From assembly GCA_047495785.1 (NCBI GenBank), contig JBLDXI010000021.1, positions 124,001 through 188,000 of the forward strand: a DNA stretch of 64,000 bases. The letters are read 5' to 3'. This DNA is from Lepidodermella squamata. Its lineage: Eukaryota > Animalia > Gastrotricha. The stretch's first letter is position 1. The number at the start of each line of letters is the position of its first letter. A program made the position numbers and the translations under genes. Below the pieces are notes generated by a model. It had not been told where the DNA came from. It ran no database searches and saw only the letters and a list, made by a program, of their open reading frames with translations. This document shows, one piece after another, positions 50,601 to 61,529 of this stretch.

Positions 50601-53600
50601 CAATCTTACTTCCAATGTATCATTGATCGAGATATCGAACCGAATTTCGAGCAGTTCGGTTGGGACTTTTCTCTAGATTTGTAAGTTTCAAGTTAACAAT
50701 CTGTTCTGTAATGGATCCATTTTTATAGACCGTGGATTCCCGCGATTGCTGCTGGTCCCAATGACCCAAAAACTGGTCTATTAGCACCTCACTACGTGAA
50801 ACAGAAGTTCCCAGACTATGTCACGCTAACAGATTTTGCCAACAGCACAGTCATCGACATTTCCGGGTGTGGAACGACAAAGGGCTGTCTGTTAAATCCA
50901 CCGGGTTGCGCAAGCTTCGCAAATTGCACCCATATCGTTACGTGGTCGCTACTACAACCAGGCGACTTTGTTCGCTTCGAACTAGCGACACTTCGTGCTG
51001 ATTACGACTACATTGCTTTTGGCCTATCCGGCGGCTTCGCGGCAGGTGATATAATGGTACAGATAACCATAAGATTTTCAAGACAAATTTATTGAGATTG
51101 TTGTTGGATATTAGGGTAACTCCAGTGTGCTCGCATGCGCCTACAACGCAACAATGGCCCAAGTTGCTGTTTTCAATTCGCATAATATGCTCAACCAGAC
51201 TTCTGGACGTTACGTCAACGTACCAACATCTAACGAGCAGTTGGGCTTGAGACCAATCTTGACATCGGCAACTAATGACCATATCATCTGCGTCGTTGAC
51301 CGCGCTGTTAAGCCTGATGCTTCTTTGAACGGTATCATCTTCCCCCTTGACGAGCCTTGGTTCCCAGTTTGGGCCTCGGGACCTACGAAGAATGGTTACC
51401 TCACTTACCACGATGAGTCGAAAAAGAAGTACCCGTACAAGGTCGTTGTTGCTGGGCCTGGTTACGGGCCGGTTACGCCTGCTATCAGCGTTGAGGGCTG
51501 CGGCACTTCTAAAGGCTGCCTAACGCTTCCAGACGGATGCAAAACAGGCGATTGTACGCAAATAGTGACCTGGCGAGTTTCGCCCGATGACGCGTCTCTA
51601 GTTCAATTCGAAATGGCAACAACAACCACCAATGTTAGCGGAGTAATTCTGGACTACGTTGCATTCGGATTAACTGGAAATCCGCAGTCAATAATGGTAA
51701 GGCGTTTTCCTTGCTTAAATCTGTTCGGGTTTTGAATTTTTTCGTGCAGCTGAACACGAGCGTTCTAGTTTGTGCCTACAACGAAACAGATTCCAAAGTA
51801 ACAGCCTATCTTTCACACAACGCCAATCACACCAGCACAATTTTGCCGCGAGAAATATATCAACTCGGTGTTAATTTGGTCGAATCTTGGTACTACGGCC
51901 AATATTTCGTGCAATGTCAAATCGAAAAGACAATCTTACCGGCCTCACCTGCCCAGGTGGGTTTGGTTTTCCCGTTGGACTTACCCTGGTATCCGGCAAT
52001 GGTTGCTGGGCCGACTTCGAATGGTGTTCTCCAGCATCACAAAGTCGTGGATTTGCAGCAGTCGCCTGTTACCGTAACTTCATTCACGAATGGGTCAGAA
52101 ATCGATGTTTCACAATGTAACGTTACTCGCGGCTGTCTGCTCCAACCGCCTGGCTGCTCGACATTTGAAACATGCCAACAAGTCGTTAGCTGGTACCTGT
52201 TGCCTGGCGGGGACCACGTCCGATTTGAAATGTCAACAATTCGTAAGAACTTCGACTACATCGCTTTCGGCTTGACAAGTGGCGAAATCATGGCTAATGG
52301 ATCCGTGCTGGCCTGTGCGTTGAATGAAACTTCCGCTCGAGTCGAGGTCTTCAATTCGCATAACCACTGTAACGAGACGGCTCAACGATGCTACAGTGTC
52401 ATAACAGATGACCCGCAAGTCGGTTTGCGTCCGATTTTGACAACGGCAAATGACGACCACATTCTTTGCATTGTTGACCGAGCTGTTAAACCAGATCCGT
52501 CTTATGACGGAATAATTTTCCCTCTAGACGAAGCTTGGTACCCAGCTTGGGCGGCTGGGCCAACGGTTAATGGCCAGTTGTCGTACCACCATGATACAAA
52601 ACGGCTGTACGATACGGAAATAGTTGTCACTCAGAACATGTCTCCACCAGATCCTATCTCTCCAAGCACCACATCGGCTCCACCAGTTGGACCGGAGATC
52701 GATTTGACCTCCTGCAATGAGCAAAAGGGCTGTTTTAGGAATCCGCCTGACTGTTACCCGTCTTCGCTTTGCTCGCAAGTAGTCACTTGGACCGTGAGCC
52801 CGGACGATCCAGCTGCAGTTAGATTCGAAATGGCGACTCAACTAAACTACAACGGCAAGCAAGTTCAGTTTGTGGCTTTCGGTCTTACAACGGATCCAGC
52901 CGACATTATGGTAAAACATTTCATTGCATCCTTAAATGAATTTTCAAACTGAATTTTTATAGTTGAATTCGAGTATCTTGGTTTGTGCCGCCAATCAAAC
53001 TGGCTCAGTTGTCACTGCCTATTTGTCTCATAATGCTGATCATAAGAGCACCCCTCTGCCTACAACGGATTTCAAAGTCGGCGTAGAACTCGTCCGAGGG
53101 GAAATGGGCGCGACTTATATCCTTTGCGTTATCGACAAGAAAATCATGCCGTCCGCCCCTAGTCAAACTGGCCTGATTTTCCCGCTATACATGCCATTTT
53201 ACCCGGCATTTGCTGCCGGTCCAGCTGATGCGAATGGCATTCTTCAGGGTCATTACTTCAAGACGGTCTTGTCGACTCCTGTTACTCCGACTGATTTCAC
53301 GAATCAAACATCGATCGACATTTCGCTTTGCGGAATCACGCATGGCTGTTTGCTGAACCCGCCAGATTGCACGTCACTCGAGTCTTGCCAGCAAATGGTA
53401 ACTTGGCACGTTCTCCAATCTGGTAGCGTAGTTAGGTTCGAACTTTCTACAACGCGAACTCATGACTATATCGCTTTTGGACTCACTGCTTCCAATACCA
53501 AAGAAGGATTCATGGTAAATTTAATTACTTTAATTTTAGTTTATTTTGAAAGCAAGATTATGATTGAAATAGGGTAACAACAGTGTCCTGGCTTGCGCGA

Positions 53601-55087
53601 TGAATCATACCAGCGGGCAGTTGATTGCCTTTCATTCTCACAATCAGAAGGATTTGGCCGGCGGCTTTAAGAGTGTCATCACCCCGAACCCTATGATTGG
53701 AATAAATCCACAAAAAATTATCGCTGGAGACGATCGACTGATATGCGTGCTTGATCAAAACGTCACACCTGATCCGTCGTTGAGCGGAAAAATATTCCCA
53801 CTCAATGACCTGTGGTATCCAAGCTGGGCGAGTGGACCTACCGCAGATGGTGAGTATTTAGGTCATATTTCTGTTTCTGTAAAATTCTTAATATTTACCC
53901 TAGGTGAGCTGGATTATCACGACAAAGTTAAGATGGGCTATGACTTTAGGGTGGACTGTACGAAACCTTTCGCGCCCCCAGTGCCGATACCCAGTAATAA
54001 ACAGCTTATGAAAAAGCTACACGGTAAGTTGACCCTTTTGCTAAAAATTTGAATGTAATATTAACTTTCACAATTGTTCAGCCATCTTTATGATGTTTGG
54101 TTGGATGGTTTGCGTGGCCTGCAGTATTCTGACGCCACGATTCCTTCGCAAGCACTGGACCACGATGCGCTATCTCAATTTGCAACTTTGGTTCGTCGTT
54201 CACCGAACTTTGATGGTCAGTTAATTTTTCTTAAAAATTGCTTTCGATAATTAAATTTCTTTAAATTAGTTAATCGGAGTCCTTTTTGTGATCATCGGAT
54301 TTGTCCTGATTTTGTGGGTCAATGACTTCGAACTGCTGCAGGTTAGCAAATGACTTTAATCTCTATTTCAAGTTATTTTCAAATTGATTTTTCAAGATGC
54401 CGCCGTCTTACGATGGATCTTGGCTGCATCCTTACTTTGGTCTAGCCGCTGTCATCATCATTTTCATTAATGTATAGACCCTAGCTTTTGGTGTTCCTAG
54501 TATACTAATTATTCCTTCTCAGCCTATCATCGCAATGTTCCGGCCCAAACCAGACCACGAGCAGCGGCCTGTTTTCAATTGGATACACGGTCTTATAGGT
54601 GGCGCCGGCTTCATTTTGGCCATTGTCAATATTTTGATCGGCGGCTATATGTTCCAAGAAAACGGGTCGCCTGCGATTTACGCTATCTGGGCTTGGGTCG
54701 GTCTTCACGCTCTAGTCGAACTCATCTATCTAGTCCTATGGCGAATTCGTGCTCAACGTGAATCGGATGAAGCCAGGCCACTGATGCCAAACGCGGATAC
54801 GGCTAATATTGGTATACCTAATTCTATAAATGAGTAAGTATATTTTCAAATAACGTTATGCCTTAATAACAGCCAACTATAGCGGCAGTACGACGTTAGC
54901 TGCAATCGACGACGATTCTCCAACACCAATGGTATTACCAAATAAATTTTAGCAAATTGTTTATTAATTTTCTCAATTTATTTTTCAGCACAAATTTTCA
55001 TCCGGACTTTTTGTGTTCTACGCCGTCAGTTCTGTCATTTTGACATCGGTTGCGTCCGGACTGATTTTTCAAATGAAGTCCACTTAG
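47630..55087 (+). CDS. Giant FRRS1/SDR2-like protein: signal peptide + 10 DOMON domains + cytochrome b561 (roughly 2,100 aa, estimated)
   Basis: Ten CxxxxxC..P..C repeats near 47.71, 48.33, 49.00, 49.62, 50.19, 50.85, 51.48, 52.10, 52.70 and 53.31 kb, joined by short GT-AG introns. b561 motifs KKLH, FVVHRTLM, WLHPYFG, FNWIHGLIG. Ends FQMKST*. Confidence 0.88.
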
Positions 55088-55449
55088 TTTTAGCACACGA
55101 GGTGCTGCTGAAAAGTGACAATTTCTTGTTATAGGTGATATTATTCTTCAAATTTCTGTGAAACTATTGATTTTTCAACTACAAAGTATTTTGATCACAC
55201 GTTTTTGTCATTCCAGCTGCGATTCGTTTTTCCTGTTTTCATCAAAAAAATCTTAGCTTTTTTGCGAGTCAATGAAATAAAAAGCGCGCTAATATGGAAT
55301 TTATTTTTTCCTTATAATACCTTTTATGGAATAGCACAGAGCAGTATAAAGCTGGTGAGGCAGTTAAGGTATAAACTAATTAAATTATCGTGATTTTTCG
55401 ACTTCTATAGGAAAGACAGACTTGGCACAAACACCAAAATGCGTTAGTT

Positions 55450-55779
55450 TTAAAATTGAGTAATTTTGCGCCCAATTTCACGCTCGTGGATGAAAGCTTT
55501 ATTCGGGCTGTGACTCGTGAACACCATCGGCTTGAGCGGGTAAACCACGCTGATATGGCGCCGTTTCTCCGGCGGCGTCGCCCAGTGAATATCGTTGAAT
55601 CGCCGCTGCATTGGCCAGTACTGATGATCGACCGAATTACGGCTCCTCTTCGAACCGGCCTTCATATTTTTCGCAGCTGTTTCGCTTCGATTTTTACCAG
55701 AATTTTTCTCGGCTGCACTACGGCTCGTGACGTCCTCATCGTCACTATCAACCGATTTTTTGCTCCTGCCACAGCCCAT
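55450..55779 (-). CDS. Uncharacterised myristoylation-signal family, member 1 (MGCGRSKK...YPLKPMVF...RKITQF*)
   Basis: Single-exon ORF with an MGxxxSK start and a C-terminal motif shared with three neighbours. Confidence 0.8.
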   Translation of the reverse strand: MGCGRSKKSVDSDDEDVTSRSAAEKNSGKNRSETAAKNMKAGSKRSRNSVDHQYWPMQRRFNDIHWATPPEKRRHISVVYPLKPMVFTSHSPNKAFIHEREIGRKITQF

Positions 55780-55976
55780 TGATAACATTTAACTTAAAAT
55801 ATCGGAGTATCAAAATAATAATCTAAACCATCTAAAAATTAAAAATAAATAGATGAAATTAAAAATTATTATTGTAAAAATTATTGAAAGTGAAAACAGT
55901 CGCACCAGGTGAGCACCTTGAAATAGCTTCGTGAAAGTAACAACAGCAGTTGTGTAAAAGGCATCGGAATGTAGCT

Positions 55977-56774
55977 CTAATAGGAAGTGACTTTTCGAAT
56001 GACGTCTTTCTGATAATACTTGACAGGATCACTGCTGCTCAACGTGAATACCATTGGAGGCAATGGGTAAGTTTTTCGACGGCCGTTACTGCTGATACCA
56101 GTGGAAACGCTGACGTTGCTATTAGTTATCTCTGGGTTGGCTTGGAACATAGCAGCCTGATTGTCCGGATCCGATGGTGGTTTGTTTATTTCGCCCAAAT
56201 TCGCAGTATTTTTCTTCCATTTTTGGCGCCGCGGGGGTGCGGAATCTGTCTGATCTCCGCTATCAGTCATCGCTTCACTACTACCGATTTCAACGTTATC
56301 GACTTGATTAGGATGGATTGGACGAGGCTTTTTGATCGGCACAGATTTCCTCGGACTAATATCAGGCTTCAGTTTCGGAACATTCACTGGGGTGGAAGGT
56401 GGTTTCCTAGTTTCGCTGATTGGCTCTTTTTTGTTCAAATTTCTAGTTCGCCGGCCATCAACTGGCGAAGACGGCAACGCGCCTTCCTCTTCATCGAGTG
56501 ATTTCCCGCGAAATCGAGACATTTTACTGTCGAAAACAGTTCGAGTCCGCTGTCGCTTGACTGAATCGTCCTCCGCCTCGCCTGTTGTTGTATCCATTGG
56601 TGATGAGGTCTCGATGCCTGAATCGCCGCTTTTTATTGAAGACGGAGTTGCGAGTTCGATTATTGCTGTCGGCTCTTCATCTTTCGAAGCAAAATTGTCC
56701 AAACTGGGTCGGAATTCTAGTGCCAAAGTTTCGCTCGATTGCGATTGCTTGGTTTTGCTTCCACCACCTCCCAT
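55977..56774 (-). CDS. Uncharacterised myristoylation-signal family, member 2 (MGGGGSKT...YPLPPMVF...RKVTSY*)
   Basis: Single-exon ORF with a low-complexity S/P/K/E body and the shared C-terminal motif. Confidence 0.82.
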   Translation of the reverse strand: MGGGGSKTKQSQSSETLALEFRPSLDNFASKDEEPTAIIELATPSSIKSGDSGIETSSPMDTTTGEAEDDSVKRQRTRTVFDSKMSRFRGKSLDEEEGALPSSPVDGRRTRNLNKKEPISETRKPPSTPVNVPKLKPDISPRKSVPIKKPRPIHPNQVDNVEIGSSEAMTDSGDQTDSAPPRRQKWKKNTANLGEINKPPSDPDNQAAMFQANPEITNSNVSVSTGISSNGRRKTYPLPPMVFTLSSSDPVKYYQKDVIRKVTSY

Positions 56775-57141
56775 TAAATTAAACCCACTAAAAATAGAAA
56801 ATTGAACTACATTAATCTTGAATATCATTTTATGGCGGTGAAAAATGACCGGTAAATATCATAATTTTGATAAAACGTGAAATCAACGGTATTTTTAGCT
56901 GTCACCAAAATTCGTGTGCGATAGATATTGAGCGGAAAATTGAAAAAGTGTCGCTAATAGGGAAGATCTTCGAAAATTTCGTGCAAGTAAATCATTGATA
57001 GGAAAGACAAGGAAAAGGGCAGAAATATTTTTAATAAAGCTAATTTGGGAGCACTTGAATCACCAATGCAAAAATCAAGTTGACGATTTGAGAAAAATAG
57101 CGCCAAAAATTTGAACACCTTGAAAATTGTTAAATCAATTT

Positions 57142-57753
57142 CTAATATGACGTGACTTTCCGACTTAAATCGTGGCTGTTGCGAACAAATTTGTTGATGT
57201 CTTGATTTTGCTCGCGGTACGTAATGAAAACCATAGGCGGTAACGGGTAACGGGTGACGCGATGCGTGACCAGCGATTCTCCGTCGTCGTGGTTTCGGAT
57301 TGTTACATCATCATAGGCGTCTTCTTCCCCACCACTGCCGATCGTTCCACCATCTGAATTGTGACTATCGTGCCTGGAACGGCGGCGATTTTTCGCAAGG
57401 GATTTCCCAGTTATTACCTTATTCTTCACGCCGTGGCTGTCGTAGTAAAATTCGCCAGCATCGCCATCATCAACAGAATTTGGATGTTGAGCTCGGCTAC
57501 TTTTCCCGCGTCTAGTCGATCGTCCGTCATCGTTTGAAGCTTTTTTGCCTAGGCGACTTTTCCCCGATTTCGCCTCGGTAATATTATCAATATCATTTTC
57601 GTTCCTTCGAGCGCCGATTTTGTTCGATTTCAAGCTTCGTCCGTCTGAACCGCTTGTCTTGCCCCGCTTCAAACTTTTGACCTCCTCGTCCTCTGAAGAG
57701 GTGGCAGCAGGTGGTGGTGGCACTCCCTTCTTTTTACTGCCGCCAAGACCCAT
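57142..57753 (-). CDS. Uncharacterised myristoylation-signal family, member 3 (MGLGGSKK...YPLPPMVF...RKVTSY*)
   Basis: Single-exon ORF with a charged disordered body and the shared C-terminal motif. Confidence 0.85.
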   Translation of the reverse strand: MGLGGSKKKGVPPPPAATSSEDEEVKSLKRGKTSGSDGRSLKSNKIGARRNENDIDNITEAKSGKSRLGKKASNDDGRSTRRGKSSRAQHPNSVDDGDAGEFYYDSHGVKNKVITGKSLAKNRRRSRHDSHNSDGGTIGSGGEEDAYDDVTIRNHDDGESLVTHRVTRYPLPPMVFITYREQNQDINKFVRNSHDLSRKVTSY

Positions 57754-57897
57754 GGGTTAAAAAATAAATAAAAAATCTAAAAAATTAGAAAAAAAGTTAG
57801 AAAAAAATGTGATTATTTGAAAATTCAGCAGCAACTTTTTGATCACTCGGGCGGGCAGATTATCAAACAGTTTTTATAAAAACTTGAATTTTGATTC

Positions 57898-58296
57898 TCA
57901 GTAGCGAGTCACTTTTCTGGCCATATCCCTCTCTTGCCGTAGCACAGTCTCCGGGTTGTAGCTGGCGAACACCATCGGAGGTAAAGGAAAGGTTATTTTC
58001 TTCGGTTTCTGCTCCTCTTCCTCCTCCTCTCCCTCTTCTTCGTTCGAGTCGTAGATCTCCTCCTCCTCGTCGTCTTCTGTTCGTTTGGATGCTAGTGACT
58101 GTCGACTTCCTCGTAGCGCTGTAGTTTTCTCTCGATCGAGGCCGGGTTTGCCTGCTTTGGTTTTTTCGCGTTCCAATTTCACCGTCTTCTCGCGCTTCAG
58201 CGCTCCTCCAGTTTTCTTGCGGCCTTTTTTGGGCGTTTCAGGTTCCGGTTCAGTCTCAGGCTCAGGTTCTGCTGCTTTAGTTGATTTGGAGCCCAT
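57898..58296 (-). CDS. Uncharacterised myristoylation-signal family, member 4 (MGSKSTK...FPLPPMVF...RKVTRY*)
   Basis: Single-exon ORF with three L(K/E/D)REKT repeats, a poly-Glu tract and the shared C-terminal motif. Confidence 0.85.
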   Translation of the reverse strand: MGSKSTKAAEPEPETEPEPETPKKGRKKTGGALKREKTVKLEREKTKAGKPGLDREKTTALRGSRQSLASKRTEDDEEEEIYDSNEEEGEEEEEEQKPKKITFPLPPMVFASYNPETVLRQERDMARKVTRY

Positions 58297-59587
58297 TTTC
58301 GTGTTCTGGCTTTAAAAAGCCCTAAACACTAAAACGGATAATTAATAAAAAATCTCATTCATTCATATATGGGTGGCACTTTTCGAGAAAACTACTAACG
58401 GATCCAGTCGATAATGTTGTAATACGTATAGCGCAAGTATCTGTCTGTCATCGGTGATTTTCTACGCACGGCTGATCGCGTGCTTGCCTGAATTTATTGG
58501 CTTAAAATTGCAGTGGTGTTAAAAATGCACGCGCAAATAATATACGTGAGAGCGACCTTGCCGACGCCCCTTAGCAACCGAACCGGACCGGAAGCCAAAA
58601 TCGCCTTTTCATATAGCCGTCTACGCTCCTTCCTGCTGGCTCTGTGACATGAAAACTTTGCGGAAAGAAACCTATTAATAATTAATAGTCCAAGTGCGAA
58701 AAGAAACCTTGAATTTTCAAATTTTTCGGCAGACGGTGTATCACGTGACTCAGTTCAAAGTTATACTTAGGCCAACATAGCGTGAGTCATAGATAAAACC
58801 GAAAAATCTGTGTAAAATTGAGGAGACTGCAAAGATTTGAATGAATGGGGCCAAAATTTTAATATTCATCTCCAATTTCCACTGAAATTTGAATAGAAAG
58901 AGACGGATTTTTTTAATTGATGCCCAACATTTTAGCTGATCGATAAATCAATTTATATAAATATTGAATAAGAGTACGCGTTCTGCTTTTGGAATATTAT
59001 TGAATTATCGAGATTTATGTTATTTTCCTCTTTTTCAATTGTTCGAATATTTTTCAGATAAATGATAATGACTGTTAATATAGCTGATGAGCAACCGAGC
59101 TGTGATGACATTCTTCGAACTCAGCCGATGGTTGACAGAAAAAATCGAACTCAGTCTGTATTTCGAATGCACTCAAATTTTATTATACTCTTACAAGAGC
59201 CACGTGATTCAGCCTGTGCCACAGCCAATCCTCAATAATTCATGTAATAGTAGAGAGAAAGCGCAGCACTTGAACAGCCGTGGGCTATATAGCGAATCAT
59301 CATTTTCCACACTATAAGAGATAAACAGCCAAGAATGCACTCTTATCACTTGGAAGCCACGCTTAGAATAGCTGTGATTTTTACAAAAAAAATTAATGCG
59401 CTTTTTTTTTCTTAAACGAACTTTAATCGATGAAATGATAGCACCACGCTTGTTCTCGCATTCAGATGTTATGACTTTTGTGGGCCCATCAAACGTACTA
59501 CTATGCGTACTCAACAACAATTTATTATATAGAAAAATTACCACAAAATTCTGTTTATTATTCAATCATTGTTGGTATTATATCGAC

Positions 59588-61235
59588 ATGCAAATAGAGC
59601 AGGTACAATAAAACTAAATTTTTTAGCTCAAATTTAATTATTTTGCCTTGTTAGCTTCTGACCTGTTCTTTGTGCTCACTGCCGTTTTCTAATCCTAAAA
59701 TACTGCCGAAATGCGGGCACACCTTCTGCTTCAACTGCCTCAAAAAGTGGACTTCGACCAATCAAGGATCTATCGCCTGTCCAGAATGTAAAACCGTTTC
59801 ACTGCTATCAATTAACGAAGGTCAAACTGAAAATCCAGGTTAAATTACAACCTTTGAAATTATCATGGAAATAAATCGCCGTCTTTTGTCATAATAGATT
59901 TAAATCGCGAACTACTTCCCGAAGATTTGCCGTCGAACCGGCTTGTTGAAAGGATGCTTCACAACCTGGCTTCTGCGTCTAATCAAGAACAAGGGCCGTC
60001 GATCTCGAAATGCGCGTTCTACCAGGCAAATCACGATAAAATGTGCCGGCATTGCGGTTCCAAATTTTGTGAACATTGCCTCTTTCAGCATCTTGAGGTC
60101 ATGAAAATCGAGCTGTTTTGGATGGCCATCAGAGTAAAAATTTTATTCTGTTTTTCATTCAATTTATTTCACGTAATTTTTTTTAGCTTGACTCGCGATT
60201 TTACAAACTGAGCCACCTGCTTCGGATGAAATACCCTGCTCGAAGGAGAAAATCAAGTAACTGGTCTAAAATTTTTTCATGGTGCCATTACCCTTCGGAA
60301 GCGCCCGAGGACGAGGTGAAAATCATGGCCCATAATCAGCGTCAAGGAGTAGAAAAAATTACGGCTCTTAATCGCCTCTACGAAACATTCAAAGGCAGCA
60401 TAATCGAAGCCTATAGTCTCTCACTTCAGACAATCCTGAGTCTTTCTTTCGATAATCTATTGTCGGTCCATGAAGCGCTGCTTCAATACGATGAAAAGGT
60501 TAAATTAATTTTATTAAGAATATTTTTTTTTATTTTTTTTCTCATCAGATGGGCGAGCTTGAATTTGAATTTTCGGACGACCTTCGTTATTTTATTTACA
60601 AACGACCAGCTAATCATAACAGGGTATTCCTTGATTTTCTACGACTTCACGGCGCCGCTGGTCGAGGCGATTCGCATTTATTGGAAAAACTGCTTCTATC
60701 AAAACATCCGAAACCTCGCGATCGGTTCTCAAATTTGATGAAACTTTATTCGAAAAGTTGGCAATCGATAATTGCGAATCATGTCAATGCAAGCGATTTT
60801 AACAAAACGCCCTTAATTCAAGCTGGAGAAAACGGCCATCTCGACTGTGTAAGGCTGCTAATCGAAGCCGGTGCTGATCTGAGCGCGAGAGTTGAGGATG
60901 CTAGGAGCTCGGCGACGATTCACCTGGCAGCTGAAAACGGGCACTTTTCAATCGTGAAATTTTTGTTGGAAAAAGACGCCGCTTTAACTCAGTTATTGGA
61001 TGCCAACGGCTATACTGCTATACAACGCGCTGCTGATGCTGGACAAACTGGTGTGGTAATTGCTTGTCTGCTTGAGATTCAACTGCAGGATTCGTCGTGC
61101 AATTTGAAGCGAGCAGTTGAAGAAGCTGGACAAATTTACTCGAGAGCCATTCAAAAGAGTCAACTAGACTTGATTCGTGCGTTGATCAGAACATTCCCGG
61201 ATCTGCTTTCTGTAAATGAGGTATTAATGTCATAA
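59588..61235 (+). CDS. RING-HC + B-box-like + helical region + ankyrin repeats (TRIM-like E3 ligase); 3' end uncertain
   Basis: Spliced MQIEQ|LLTCSLC...PKILPKCGHTFCFNC...IACPEC (C3HC4), then LPSNRLV, CRHCGSKFCEHCLFQH, and ankyrins TPLIQAGENGHLDCVRLLIEAGAD, TIHLAAENGHFSIVKFLL, TAIQRAADAGQ. A GT donor after 61221 may lead to further exons. Confidence 0.82.
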
Positions 61236-61303
61236 CCGTTCGAATTTTTCAATAAAAACTGGTATAAGCCTAAAGCCGTTTTAAAAGCGAAAAATGAAAA
61301 AGA

Positions 61304-61374
61304 GCTCGCACCAGGCATCGAACCAATGATGCCCTGTCACCTAAACAGCATTCCTACCACTAGACTACAAGGGC
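61304..61374 (-). pseudogene. tRNA-derived sequence (tRNA pseudogene or SINE-type head)
   Basis: Minus strand reads gcccttgTAGTCTAGTGGtagg...GGTTCGATGCCtggtgcgagc followed by T-rich sequence. A- and B-boxes are at tRNA spacing (71 nt), but the acceptor stem is mispaired. Confidence 0.55.
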
Positions 61375-61439
61375 TGGATAAATCAAGATGCTCAATTTTG
61401 GTATTTTAGTGCATTAAGAAAAGCTTCTGATAATAGTTT

Positions 61440-61529
61440 TGTGGTCACCAGTGGCTCGTGAAAGATTGCTGATGCTTTTAACATTAGCTTAAAAGCATCA
61501 ATACACGTTCGATTCCTGGTGGCGCACAT
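61440..61529 (+). other. Long hairpin with a tRNA B-box-like 3' arm, followed by a T-run
   Basis: gtggtcaccag pairs with ctggtggcgcac; an inner perfect 12-bp stem tgatgcttttaa/ttaaaagcatca; GTTCGATTCC; then a T run. Confidence 0.5.

Noticed and set aside
23538-55087. Periodic repeats considered as a CRISPR-like or satellite array
   Set aside because: The periodicity is protein-domain (DOMON) repetition with synonymous divergence in a eukaryotic gene.
61440-61529. Hammerhead ribozyme (GAAA and CTGATG present)
   Set aside because: The core would need CUGANGA; here it is CTGATGC and lies inside a perfect stem.
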